Origin: Macrostomum lignano
Taxonomy: Eukaryota
Direction: 5' to 3'
NCBI GenBank assembly: GCA_002269645.1
Contig: NIVC01003909.1
Location: 1 to 64,000 of the forward strand
DNA: 64,000 bases
Each line of letters begins with the position of its first letter. Positions within the stretch are counted from its first letter, which is position 1. Both the position numbers and the translations under genes were made by a program. Below the pieces are notes generated by a model, which was given only the letters and a program-made list of their open reading frames with translations, had not been told where the DNA came from and made no database searches. This document shows, in pieces, positions 1-10,814 of this stretch.

Positions 1-315
1 TGGCACCCCTGGTGCTGGCGCCCCTGGTGCTGGCACCCCTGGTGCTGGCACCCCTGGTGCTGGCACCCCTGGTGCTGGCACCCCCGGGCTGCGCCGCCCC
101 TGGTGCTGGCCCCCTGGTGCTGGCCCCCTGGTGCTGGCACCCTGGTGCTGGCGCCCCTGGTGCTGGCTCCCCTGGGCTGGCTCCCCTGGTGCTGGCTCCC
201 CTGGTGCTGGCTCCCCTGGTGCTGGCTTCCCTGGTGCTAAAGCCCTGGTGCTAAAACCCTGGTGCTGGCTCCCCTGGTGCTAAAGCCCCTGGTGCTAAAA
301 CCCCTGGTGCTGGCG
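1..315. repeat. 15-bp minisatellite (ccccTGGTGCTGGCa), runs off the window start
   Basis: About 20 tandem copies of cccctggtgctggc(a/g/t); explains the (LAPLV)n ORF at 12..254. Confidence 0.95.
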
Positions 316-1714
316 CTGGTTGTTATTTTTTATTTTAATTGCGGGGGTCGCAATACTAATGGGCGCCACTACCTGTCTCATGGGGGGGGGGGGGCGGGGC
401 GCTCTACCCTGCTATCTTAGACCGGTAAAGGCCACCTTCAAGACTTGGCAAAAGTTGTTGAGCTCTTGTCATTCGTCAAGCTTCGTTGCCTCTCTCATTT
501 GAGGGGGTGGCAGGCCCCCTGCCCTTCCTCCCCTTTCCCTTTTGCGTTAGCTACTGGCCCCACCATGCTTCAATATGTACGACAGCTCAGAAATACATGG
601 ATATGGATGGTCTTTAAGTCAAGGGCCTTTTGAGTAGAAGTGTCTGGTCTTTTTATGTTGCTTCAGCTTTTTTGTGAAGCTCGCTCTGAGAAAAAGTTTT
701 TATAAAAGCTCCTGCAATTCATTTTGAGTGTTTTATGAGTGTTTATCTATTTGCACAGCTCTCCTGAGCCTGCAAGTTTGAAACTTGGATCACGGTTGAT
801 TTTTTAAATAGCTATTAATTTGTATTTTAGACTACTGTGACTAGTAGAGGCTATTGCGAGTTTTTATTATTTTTGTGTAGAAAATGCAGCGCAACGATTG
901 ACGCTGAGTATCGATTGGGAGGCTGGTGTGCAGCGCTGGAGAGCATGAGAGCTGAGAGAAGAGCTGGAGAGAAGCCGCATCTCATCACAAGTCGGTGCTT
1001 CGAAGCTCCCCTCCTGGCAGTGTCTGCTTCAGACTCCCGAAGCCACTCCTGAGAGCAGCATTTTCTACTGTAGAAGTTCATGGCTGGTACATTCACAAAA
1101 CTCTCATTGCTAGCGGAATTTGCTACTGAACGAAAACTGCTTAAAGTCACAGAAAATGCTCGCTAAAAGCAAATAAACAAAGCAGAAGACAAGCTCATTT
1201 TTCCTGATGGTACCAACACTTACTTGGGTTGTTAAACTTCATTGTCCAATTTTACTATTGTTGTTTCGGTGTTAAAACAGACGCTATGATGTCAGGCTTT
1301 CACAATATATAGTAAATAATTTTTAGTATATAGGATGTTTTGTGGCTTTAATTTGGAAATTTGCCATCAAGGCCTCCAAGTAAAGCTGACATTGCAGACA
1401 TTTGACGGCTTCAATGGATAGTGGCGTGACGAACCTTTAAGATATCAAAATATCACTGTGCAGGGTTAAAAATTTACCTTATAGAATAGACTTATGAAGC
1501 CTAGGGCAGTAAGTGACTCAAGGCTGGAATAAATATATATAAGCGTGTATAGAAGCGGAATGAGGCAACCAAGACAACCGAATCCACACTGGAAGGCAGC
1601 GCATGACAAAACTACAGCAGCCATCATTCATTCCAGATATCAAAGGTTAGCAGGTGGTAAACAAGCGGAGGCAGCCAGCCGTAAAAAATTAAATGAGCCC
1701 TCGCACATGGAGGC

Positions 1715-2887
1715 GGGTACCTCTCATTTCGCCGATTCTCGTTTCGCCGATTCTCGTTTCGCCGATTCTCGTTTCGCCGATTCTCGGTTCGCCGACATTC
1801 TCATTTCGCCGATTCTCGGTTCGCCGAAATTAGTTTCACAACCATCTGGACATTAGACCATAGACAACTACACTAATGCAAGTGTGATTTAGATGTCTAT
1901 GGCTTGAAAAATAAAGTATTGTATTGGTAATATAGCATTTTGCAGCCCATTTGGGCTTACGGGCATTTAATTTAATCCGAGATATGTTTGTCAAAGTAAC
2001 GGAGCTTTTGTCTATGGTAGCAAGGCTGGCACAGCAGCATTTAATTTGGTCCAACAAGCATCAATTTGGTCCATAGCTTCATTAGCAACTGCTGCGGAGG
2101 AGCTAGATCAGCCACAGAATTGTGGACCATATGCTAGGCTGTCAAACGAATGCCATTAGGCTTGTGATCGAAGCGCTCGACAGAGGTGAACACCCAAAGG
2201 CTGCTGAATGTAAAAGAAAAGATGGTTTTCAGCATCCATCAGCGCGTTGAAAATCTGCCGGCAGATATCGCCTGCGAATGGGTGGCAATCGCCAGGGCAA
2301 GTTGCTCGAGAGCTTCAGGTCCAACTGCTACTCGATACAATTGAGACGAGCCATTTGTTGATGCTGCAGAAAATGCAGCAGAAGTTGAAGGAAAGAAGTT
2401 GAGGGAACAGTTCCAGTTGGTTATCAGAGTTCGACTATCAGCAGAGCTCTGGAAAAGCGACAGAAAATTGTCGGTAGAGACTCTGACATTCCAGCGGTAC
2501 GCAACAACCCGCAGACGGTTGCGAGAAGGCAGGAGTTTGCCGAATGGCTCACGAGCGTTTGGACCAAATTGATGCTTGTTGGACCAAATTAAATGCTGCT
2601 GTGCCAGACTTGCTACCATAGACAAAAGCTCCGTTACACTGGCAAACGTATCTCGGATTAAATTAAATGCCCGTAAGCCGAATGGGCTGCAAAAAGCTAT
2701 ATTACCAATACAATACTTTATTTTTCAAGCCATAGACATCTAAATCACACTTGCATTAGTGTAGTTGTCTATGGTCTAATGTCCAGATGGTTGTGAAACT
2801 AATTTCGGCGAACCGAGAATCGGCGAAATGAGAATGTCGGCGAAACGAGAATCGGCGAAACGAGAATCGGCAAAATGAGAGGTACCC
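1715..2887. mobile_element. Foldback/Mutator-like non-autonomous DNA transposon
   Basis: Termini GGGTACCTCTCATTT...AAATGAGAGGTACCC. Perfect 9-bp TSD CATGGAGGC at 1706-1714 and 2888-2896. Long inverted arms (1715-1930 and 2702-2887) contain 15-bp subterminal tandem repeats (ttcgccgattctcgt). A 9-bp TSD with long modular TIRs is the Mutator/Foldback signature. Confidence 0.85.
1931..2701 (+). mobile_element. Tc1/IS630-like non-autonomous element nested at the centre of the foldback element
   Basis: About 140-bp TIRs (TATAGCATTTTGCAGCCC...GGGCTGCAAAAAGCTATA) flanked by TA. The interior is a frameshifted transposase N-terminus (HTH region, then DIPAVRNNPQTVARRQEFAEWL) with no DDE domain. A free-standing copy lies at 35307-36061. 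Confidence 0.7.
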
Positions 2888-3629
2888 CATGGAGGCCGCC
2901 CCAGCCTCACCCAAAACCGACACTCAGGAGAGAGCACTAAGGACTGACCCCCCCCCTCCAACACTCCAACTCAACCGCCCTGGCCCCGTAGCAACAGCGG
3001 AATTAATTTTAATTGCATGCGCTGTTTACGTAAACCTTGGCGTCGTTAACCGGAGCTGAAATTGTGGGAAGTTTTAAACTAGAGGGAATTTCAGATCCAT
3101 GTACAGTTGCCTGAGTGAAAGACTATTTCTAGATTGTTGTTGTACAGGTTCTCATGACCTCAAACGTTCGAGAATTTCTATTGAGGATTGAGGTTTGGGG
3201 AATATAACAGGATTTAGTACCTTGGATATATACTGAATTGAAGTAGTGTACCTCAGTGACAGAGGGTTAAATATGCGTCAAATGTAGCATGAAGGGCTGA
3301 ACTGCAAGAGGAAAATAAATAGGTAAATAAATAAATAGCATAGCGGCACAACACGGTACTATGGCTGTGAAATTGTTAGGCTGTCAGATTGACAGTAAAA
3401 CAACCAGAAAGAAACGCTAACAAACAAACAAACAAGCAGACAGACAGACTGGCCGACACTAAGACTGAAAACAACAAAAGCAAGGTGCCGCATCTGTATG
3501 TACTGGAGGGGGTTATGAAACAATTGGTCGGAGTTGAAGGTGAGCTCAGGGCTCGATCAGTTCGCCATCAAATTGAAAAATGTTTCTCAACCAAAGCAAT
3601 TCAACGTTGACAAAGTTCCAGTCAGCTGT

Positions 3630-4560
3630 CTACAAGAAAAGTACTTCCATCTCGTGCAGAGAGTAGTAGGAACCGAACGGGTCTCTCCAGATCAGGCCCT
3701 CGCCAAGGGACCGCCAATAGCCGAAGGAAATTCTCTGTATTTTTGCCCGGAGAACCACCAGGCGCCTATGTGTATTACTGCGCAGTGACCTTCCAGGTAG
3801 GTGTCGTGATCGGCGTCCCGCGTGCTGAATGGTCTGCCGTCGTTGCGAAGCATCGAGTCGCCAATGCCGGCGCTGCCGGAGAAGCCGGACACGCTCAGCC
3901 GGTAGCTGTCCGACTCGGGACCCACGGAGAAGCTGGAGTACTCAGCCCAGTGCTCAGAGTCGTTCCACACCTTCATCAGGATCCTCAGCTTCCGAGGACC
4001 AGAAGCAGTGAGAGCGTGGAGAGAGTTCAGGCCTGGGAAGATGCGGACGTCATGGCGGTGTTTGTAATTGAAATCCGAGTTGGAAAAGGAAGCGAATGGA
4101 GCAGATCTGGGATGCACTCACCGATCCAGTAGTTTCCGTCGGGTCCCTCGCCGAAATCGCTCTGATACTGAGTCCAGTTGCGGTAAAAGTCCACTGAGCC
4201 GGACACCCTGTGCTGCACGGTGGTCCAGCAGTCACTGCCGGCTGTCTGCAAGGTGACACACAGGTGTGCCAGGTTACCACGCGTTAAATTGTGGTAGTGA
4301 TGCTACACATCTAACGGAGTGACTCACCCACACTCGCTGAGCTCCCTTGTTCGCATTGCGGCACTTCCTGCAGTGGCTCAGGCCCAGGCGACACCTGAAG
4401 AGAGCGCACAGACCAGAGATGGCGCTGAACGCCACCAGCTGCACAGCGGAGTCGCTGCTGGCAGCAGCTGAGCACTGGATTTCGGACTTCAGCGGAGACC
4501 GACCATCACGGCCTCGTAGTCGGAGAGGCTCTCGCGGCTCAACCGCCAGGTACGCTCGGA
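3630..4560 (-). pseudogene. Fibrinogen-related (FReD) gene, probably degenerate
   Basis: Phase-compatible GT-AG exons: one ending at 4328, then 4245-4122, then 4032 to about 3630. They give [67 protein letters not shown] and HCAVIHIGAWWF. The C-terminal GLIWRDPFGSYYSLHEMEVLFL* is in a different frame and the usual C..SNLNG motif is missing. The 5' end is unresolved and abuts a LINE fragment. Confidence 0.75.
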
Positions 4561-4699
4561 TGAAGCGGCTTCAGTCGCGGTGAGCTGAACGCGGTGAGAC
4601 AGTAGTGGAGAAGGCTGGACTGCTGTTGGAAGAAACCAGAAAGCCTGCTGGAGTCGGCTGCATGAATGTAAGAAATGCAGGGAACCTTTTCAACCTTTT

Positions 4700-5200
4700 C
4701 AAGGCTGAAAAGGTACTTATTACGAGTATTAAGGCCCTTGGAGTGAATGACAATTGAAGTGGTAGTGTGACCGAGGAGCCCGTGATGAAAAGGCCAACCT
4801 ATTTCAAACAATGGAAAGGCTCTGGGCTGTTGAAGAAAGAGCTGTCGAGATGACCAAGTTATCCAGTAGGGAAAGTCTCGCAACCATGGGAGGTTCAGCA
4901 TTCCACATTCAGCACAGTATGTGGAAAAGAAAGGAAGCAAAAGTGTGCTGTTTGCTGTTAGAGCGGAGACCTGATGGTGCGACTGTGGAGCAAAAGAAGG
5001 GAGGAGCTGCTGAAGTTGACCCCGCAGAAGTCTATGGACACAAGCCAGTCCAGCAACAGTTCTGCGAGTGCTAAGGCTGTATGGAGCCTTGAAGGAGTCA
5101 CCAAGGATCCTGGCAGCCTTCTGCTCGACACGGTCCAATACGAGGGTACATACAGAAGTACCGGCCCACTGAATATTCATGCAGATAAAATTGATCACCT
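4700..5200 (-). mobile_element. Non-LTR retrotransposon (LINE) 3' ORF2 remnant
   Basis: ORF 4539..5198 contains LDRVEQKAARIL...LSTRRTVAGLACVHRL, resembling the post-RT region (LE.VQ.KA.R / L..RR...L) of CR1/L2/Jockey-type ORF2. Confidence 0.55.
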
Positions 5201-5594
5201 ACCTTTTGCTAAAATATTTGCAGTGAAGAAAAACTGCGTTATTATGTCAGCTGATTCAAAAGCCCTAAAAGTCCTGTCTGATTGTTGACGTTTTGATAGC
5301 CTGAGCAGCTTTATTTTGCAGAATATGTTTTTGTCATTAAAGTAATGGGGATGCTGGCTTCCACTCAGTCCCCCCTCATTGGCTAACAGGTCTCAATAAA
5401 CACCAACCTTTTGAAAGTTCATTCCGAGGGGGGTGGCGGTTGTCAACTCTGTACGAGCTATGAAGGAACAGCTAACGGAAGGATTAAATTGCATTTGTTA
5501 AACCCTGGCTAATAAATTTTTGCCAGTTAGTTTCAGACAACTACGACTATCTTCTATCAGGATTTCTCTGGGAGAGTCAGACTAGCGCCTTATT

Positions 5595-5998
5595 CACACC
5601 TCCCTCTCAACCCGCCCTCTACCTCCGCTCTCTTCCTCCGCCCTCTTCCTCCGCCCTCTCCACCCGCCCTCTACCTCCACCCTCTTCCTCCACCCTCTCC
5701 ACCCGCCCTCTTCCTCCGCCCTCTCCACCCGCCCTCTACCTCCACCCTCTCCACCCGCCCTCTTCCTCCGCCCTCTCCACCCGCCCTCTCCACCCGCCCT
5801 CTTCCTCCACCCTCTTCCTCCACCCTCTTCCTCCGCCCTCTTCCTCCACCCTCTCCACCCGCCCTCTTCCTCCACCCTCTTCCTCCACCCTCTTCCTCCA
5901 CCCTCTTCCTCCGTCCTCTCCACCCGCCCTCTCCACCCGCCCTCTTCCTCCACCCTCTCCACCCGCCCTCTTCCTCCGCCCTCTCCACCCGCCTTCTC
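5595..5998. repeat. CT-rich simple tandem repeat, continued at 10597-10668 beyond the LTR element
   Basis: Degenerate units such as ccctctccacccgccctcttcctcc; pure pyrimidine strand; split by the retrotransposon. Confidence 0.9.
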
Positions 5999-6239
5999 TG
6001 TGGTGAGCGAGAGACAAGTCAGTCAGGTTTAGTCCAACAAACAAAATTCAAACCCTCACCCAAAGGGTGGAGCTATTCTTATATTTACTCGAGAACGCAT
6101 GTACATATACAAACAGAGCGCGCATGTACATCGGATCCCTTGACCCCCAAACACCGACTAGCAAAACAACCCAGTGAGTAAACTCACTTTACAACATTCA
6201 CCCTCCTTAACAGTCACTAATTCCCTTCACAGCTGGCAA

Positions 6240-7511
6240 TCAATGCGTCACGACCTGGCCGTACCACAACGGTGGTGCCCGCAGTCGCGTACTGCGCCGC
6301 AGCTCCGCGTCGGCCTCAACGGTCGCCGGCGGCGGGTCCGTCGGGCCTTCTGGCGCTGCCGGCTCTGCAGCCACTGGCGGCTGTGGCGGCATTGCCGTTG
6401 CCGAAGTCGTGCTGGCACCCTCGGGCTCCGCATGAGGCATACAGAGGCTGGTGTGCCACCTTGAGCCGTCCTCTAACCTGACGATCGTCGGGCTGATGAT
6501 GTCGCTGACCCGTAGAGGTGGTGACACGTGGCTCTGCAGCTTGCCTCGCATCCGCGGAGATCGCACTCGCACCAGGTCGCCGACCCGGAATTGGCGCGGC
6601 GGCTGCCGGGATCTGTTGAGCCGCTTGAACTGCCGTCTTTGCCGCTCCTGGATCTGATCGGCCAGTGGGTGCTCTCGAGTCGCTCGCTTCGGCTGCAGCG
6701 TCCACAGCGGCGTGGTGATCTTGCGGCCGAGCATCAGCTCCGCTGGCGTCACGCCGGTCAGCGCATGCGGTGTCGATCGGTACGCCCACAGGATGGACTG
6801 CACCGCTTCCAGGAACGAGTAGCCGTCTTGAAGGTGGCTCTTCAAGCCCTCTTTGACTACGCGGTTCAGGCGCTCCACTCCGGAATTTCCTTGAGGGTGG
6901 TAGAACGGAGTCTGACGATGATTGATGCCGTACGCCTTTAGGAAGTCGTTGAACTCCTGGGAGATGAACTGGGGTCCTCCATCGGTGGTGATTACGCGCG
7001 GAATGCCCCAGCGACAAAACAGCGCCGTGAGACTCTTGATGATAGTCGCAGACGTCGCTGAAGAGAGGCAGACCAGTTCGGGCCACTTTGAATGCAGGTC
7101 ATGTACACCGAGTATGAAACGGCAGTTCTGTGGTGCACCCTCGTGCAGCTCTCCGAACAAGTCGATCTGCAGCTCTGTCCACGGTTCCTTCGGCCACTTG
7201 GTCGGGGTCAGCACTGTCCGATGCGGCTTGAAGCTCTTCTCACTGATGATGCACGCAGAGCAGCTGCTGACGAACCTCTCGATGTCGCTGTCCATTTTGG
7301 GCCACCAGGCGGTGTCTCGGCAGTGATGCTTGGTCCTGCTGACTCCCTTGTGACCTTGATGCGCTAAGTCGAGCACTCGCTGGCGCAGTTCTTCCGGTAT
7401 GACGGCACGAGTTCCCATGGCCAAGCACCTGCCGTTGCTCCAAACAGTCAGCTCGTTCCTAACACTCCAGTAGGGCAGCAGGCGCTCATCGAGCTTTTTC
7501 TTTCTGGCCAA
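6240..7511 (-). CDS. Ty3/gypsy integrase (out of frame with upstream pol by one base)
   Basis: HHCC zinc finger (HQGHKG...CSAC) and catalytic core QIDLFG / TDGGPQF / VERLNR. The ORF-track start is not an ATG, so this is the frameshifted continuation of pol. Confidence 0.9.
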   Translation of the reverse strand: MARKKKLDERLLPYWSVRNELTVWSNGRCLAMGTRAVIPEELRQRVLDLAHQGHKGVSRTKHHCRDTAWWPKMDSDIERFVSSCSACIISEKSFKPHRTVLTPTKWPKEPWTELQIDLFGELHEGAPQNCRFILGVHDLHSKWPELVCLSSATSATIIKSLTALFCRWGIPRVITTDGGPQFISQEFNDFLKAYGINHRQTPFYHPQGNSGVERLNRVVKEGLKSHLQDGYSFLEAVQSILWAYRSTPHALTGVTPAELMLGRKITTPLWTLQPKRATREHPLADQIQERQRRQFKRLNRSRQPPRQFRVGDLVRVRSPRMRGKLQSHVSPPLRVSDIISPTIVRLEDGSRWHTSLCMPHAEPEGASTTSATAMPPQPPVAAEPAAPEGPTDPPPATVEADAELRRSTRLRAPPLWYGQVVTH

Positions 7512-10318
7512 CCGGAAACTGTGAACTCTGCGACTCGTGCCAGGAGCTCGTCCTTTGACGTTGCCTCCGCCAGCTCGTCCTCGGTGACCACGGTCAGCGC
7601 CTCGGCCAGGAGCACTCTTTGGACTTCCAGACCGTCTGTTTCATCGCCTTCCGTCGGCTCGGCCGTGTCCTGGCAGCGCGACAGAAAGTCGGGCACGATG
7701 TTCTTGGCACCCGGGACGTACTTGACGGTGAAGGAGTAGTTTAACAAACGATCAGCCCAGCGATGCAGTCTGAGTGGCCGGTGTCCGCTCCCAGATGATG
7801 ACAGCAGCGTGGTGAGAGCCTGGTGATCGGTGTGGAGCTCGAACCGTCGGCCGTAAAGGAAGAAGTTCCAGCGCTCACAGGCGAAGATGCAGGCCAGGGC
7901 TTCCCTCTCGCTCGCCGAGTAGCGGCGCTCCGTAGCACTCAGAGTTCGGCTCGCAAAGGCAACCGGGCGCCACTGGCCGTCGGAGTCTTGCTGGAGGAGC
8001 ATCGCACCGAGAGCTGATGCTGAGCTGTCGCAGCTGACGATGATCGGCTGATCTGCGTCGAAAAACTTGAGGCAAGGTGGCTTGCACACTCCTGTCGTCA
8101 GCTGCTCAAAAGCCTGCTGGCACTCACTGGTCCACTTCCACGACTCGTCCTTCCTCAGCAGTTTCATGAGGGGCTCCGCCGTGCTGGAGAGGCTGGGAAT
8201 GAAGTTGCCGAAGTACTTCACGACGCCTAGAAACGCAGCCACTTCCTTGGTGTTCGTTGGCGGCTGTACCTTCTCGATAGCTTCGACGTGTGACTGCAAC
8301 GGGCGGACTCCAGAAGCGCTCAGCTCATAGCCTAGGAAGTTGACCTTGTCCTGGCGCCAGGTGCACTTGGCCGTATTGATAGTCACGTTGTGCGTCATCA
8401 GAGCTTGCAGCACCTTGAACAGGCGCTTGTCGTGCTCTTCTCTTGATGCCGCGTGCACTACGATGTCGTCAATAAAGTGCACTGCGCCTTTGATGCCACT
8501 GAGGATCTTAGCCATCACCTTCTGGAACGCAGCCGGTGCACTACTCAGGCCGAAGCACACCCTCCGATATCGATATAGGCCTCGCTCCGTCACGAACGTG
8601 GTCAGATTTCTGCAGTCCTCAGACAACTCCAGTTGCAGGTAAGACGAATTCAGGTCCAACTTGGAGAAGCATCGCGACCCGGCAAACTCGGCGGAGAGCT
8701 CCTCAAAGGTCGGAAGTGGGTATCTGTCCGGTATGATGCTCTTGTTTGGGCCTCTCAGGTCGTTGCAGATCCGGATCGAGCCGTTCGCCTTTGGCACCAC
8801 GACTAGGTTTGACACCCAGTCTGAGGCGTCGATGATGCCTTGCTGCAGCAGCTGGTCGATCTCCTTTTGAACCGAATCTCTTAGGCTGAGCGGCACTCTG
8901 CGCAACGGTTGAGCAGTCGGTTGCACCGCGGGGTTGACTCGCGGCCTGTGCTGAAATCCTTTGATGTGTCCGAGTCCCTGAGTCAACTGGTCGAACCGGC
9001 CTGGGATCCAGTCAGGCAGGGCTCTGGTGCCGACTGTCTGCACTCGCTCACCGTCTGCAGTGACGATCCACAGTCCCAGCTGATCCATGAGGTCGCACCC
9101 CAGGATGTCAGATCCGGTATTGACCACGCTAAGGTTGACGTAAGGCACTACTTTGTCCTTGAGCTGCACCGAGGTCAGGATGTCACCAAGCACGCCGATC
9201 TTGCTGCCGTTGAAAGCGACCAGCTTCCGTGATGACGCCTGCAGGGGCACGTTGGACAGAAGTCTATTGTACGTCGTCTTGGTGATGATGGAGACTCGCG
9301 AACCGGAGTCAACGAGCAGCTTGACAGGCCTCCCGTTTAGCAGCACTTCGCAGTGCTTGCTTGCTGCCGCAGCTGTCGACACAGTGCAGATGGAGTACTC
9401 ATCCTGAAGCTGTCGCACTCGGTTGCCGCTCCTGCAGACTCTGGCGAAGTGCCCGCGCTTGCCGCAGGACTTGCACTTCTGCCCCTTTGCTGGGCAGGTC
9501 TGTCCACCGACATGCGCCGCTGAGCCACAGTAGCCGCAGCTCCGGCCGTCGGTTGTCGACTTCAGTGCCTCATGCTGTCTTGCCACTGCTCCACTGTTCT
9601 TGGCCTTGCTGATCTGCTGGACTCCACACGAGCTGTTTGGGTCTGTGTGGCTGCCTCCCTTGATGGCCTGGGCCTCCAGCAGTCCAGTTTCCAGTCGCTC
9701 CGCCAACTGCACAGCTGTCGCCAAGGTCAGCTCCGGCTCCATAAGCAGTCGCTCCCTGATGTGGTTGCTGAGCACTTTCTCGACGAGCTGGTCACGCAGC
9801 ATCTCTTCCTGGAAGGTCTTGAAGTCGCAGTTCGAAGCCAGGTTTCGCAGCGCGGCAACGAAGTCGCTGATCTTTTCGCTCGGTCGCTGAGCTCTCTGTC
9901 GGAATCTGTGCCTCTCAGCAACTACGTTGACTTTGGGTCCGAAGTGCATGTCCAGGAGCTTCAGCGTGTCATCAACTGTTGATGGCGGTTGCTCTCCTTC
10001 CTCCTGATCGCTGCTGGCCTGTAGAGACATGTAGATGTTTTGTCCCTCTGCACCCAAACAGTGGATGAGCAACGCTTGTTTTCTTTGCTCCGGCAGATCG
10101 ATGGCTCCCGATGCTAGCAGGTAATTGCTGAACATTGCTTTCCATCGGTTCCATTCAATCAGCGGTGCTCCAGCGGCTGGCAGAAACGGCTGCGGTGGCG
10201 AAATGTTGACACTCATTCTGTTGGCTGCATCTCTGCTTGACTGTTGGGCTGCTGCTTGTTGGGATCCTCGCTGTGGGTCGCCCATTGCACTTGCATTTGC
10301 GCCTTCTGTGCTGCTCAT
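7448..10318 (-). CDS. Ty3/gypsy Gag-protease-RT-RNase H polyprotein (first part)
   Basis: 956-aa ORF with Gag zinc knuckle CKSCGKRGHFARVC, protease LVDSGS, RT KLDLNSSYLQL / FGLSSAP / FIDD, and RNase H CDSSASALGA / ELHTDH. Confidence 0.93.
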   Translation of the reverse strand: MSSTEGANASAMGDPQRGSQQAAAQQSSRDAANRMSVNISPPQPFLPAAGAPLIEWNRWKAMFSNYLLASGAIDLPEQRKQALLIHCLGAEGQNIYMSLQASSDQEEGEQPPSTVDDTLKLLDMHFGPKVNVVAERHRFRQRAQRPSEKISDFVAALRNLASNCDFKTFQEEMLRDQLVEKVLSNHIRERLLMEPELTLATAVQLAERLETGLLEAQAIKGGSHTDPNSSCGVQQISKAKNSGAVARQHEALKSTTDGRSCGYCGSAAHVGGQTCPAKGQKCKSCGKRGHFARVCRSGNRVRQLQDEYSICTVSTAAAASKHCEVLLNGRPVKLLVDSGSRVSIITKTTYNRLLSNVPLQASSRKLVAFNGSKIGVLGDILTSVQLKDKVVPYVNLSVVNTGSDILGCDLMDQLGLWIVTADGERVQTVGTRALPDWIPGRFDQLTQGLGHIKGFQHRPRVNPAVQPTAQPLRRVPLSLRDSVQKEIDQLLQQGIIDASDWVSNLVVVPKANGSIRICNDLRGPNKSIIPDRYPLPTFEELSAEFAGSRCFSKLDLNSSYLQLELSEDCRNLTTFVTERGLYRYRRVCFGLSSAPAAFQKVMAKILSGIKGAVHFIDDIVVHAASREEHDKRLFKVLQALMTHNVTINTAKCTWRQDKVNFLGYELSASGVRPLQSHVEAIEKVQPPTNTKEVAAFLGVVKYFGNFIPSLSSTAEPLMKLLRKDESWKWTSECQQAFEQLTTGVCKPPCLKFFDADQPIIVSCDSSASALGAMLLQQDSDGQWRPVAFASRTLSATERRYSASEREALACIFACERWNFFLYGRRFELHTDHQALTTLLSSSGSGHRPLRLHRWADRLLNYSFTVKYVPGAKNIVPDFLSRCQDTAEPTEGDETDGLEVQRVLLAEALTVVTEDELAEATSKDELLARVAEFTVSGWPERKSSMSACCPTGVLGTS

Positions 10319-10814
10319 GACTTGGCAGATTTTAGAGTTCGCGCTTGTGCTGAATCACGCTGGCCCAAATCAATTGATTTCTCCGCGCGACGCCAAAATG
10401 TGGTGAGCGAGAGACAAGTCAGTCAGGTTTAGTCCAACAAACAAAATTCAAACCCTCACCCAAAGGGTGGAGCTATTCTTATATTTACTCGAGAACGCAT
10501 GTACATATACAAACAGAGCGCGCATGTACATCGGATCCCTTGACCCCCAAACACCGACTAGCAAAACAACCCAGTGAGTAAACTCACTTTACAACATTCT
10601 CCACCCGCCCTCTTCCTCCGCCCTCTTCCTCCACCCTCTTCTTCCACCCTCTTCCTCCGCCCTCTTCCTGATTCGGTCAGCGGCGGGGCCTTTTTGCACG
10701 ACCTGGCCCGCGATCTGCGACGCTGTTTTCTCAAGACACATGCACCAAATGTTGTTGTTGGCAGTCATTTTTGTTGTTGGCAGTCATTAAAAGGTCTTCC
10801 TTTAGTTCGGATAT

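Larger units (their letters stand above)
5999..10596 (-). mobile_element. Young full-length Ty3/gypsy LTR retrotransposon
   Basis: 198-bp LTRs at 5999-6196 and 10399-10596, identical by eye, with TG...CA ends. 5-bp TSD TTCTC (5994-5998 and 10597-10601). PPT GTTAAGGAGGGTGAA next to the 3' LTR and a TGGCGTCGCG PBS candidate after the 5' LTR. Domain order gag-PR-RT-RH-IN. Confidence 0.97.

Noticed and set aside
6248-10154. Antisense and alternate-frame ORFs inside the gypsy elements (also 39088-42819) as extra genes
   Set aside because: Expected shadows of GC-rich coding sequence with no independent motifs.
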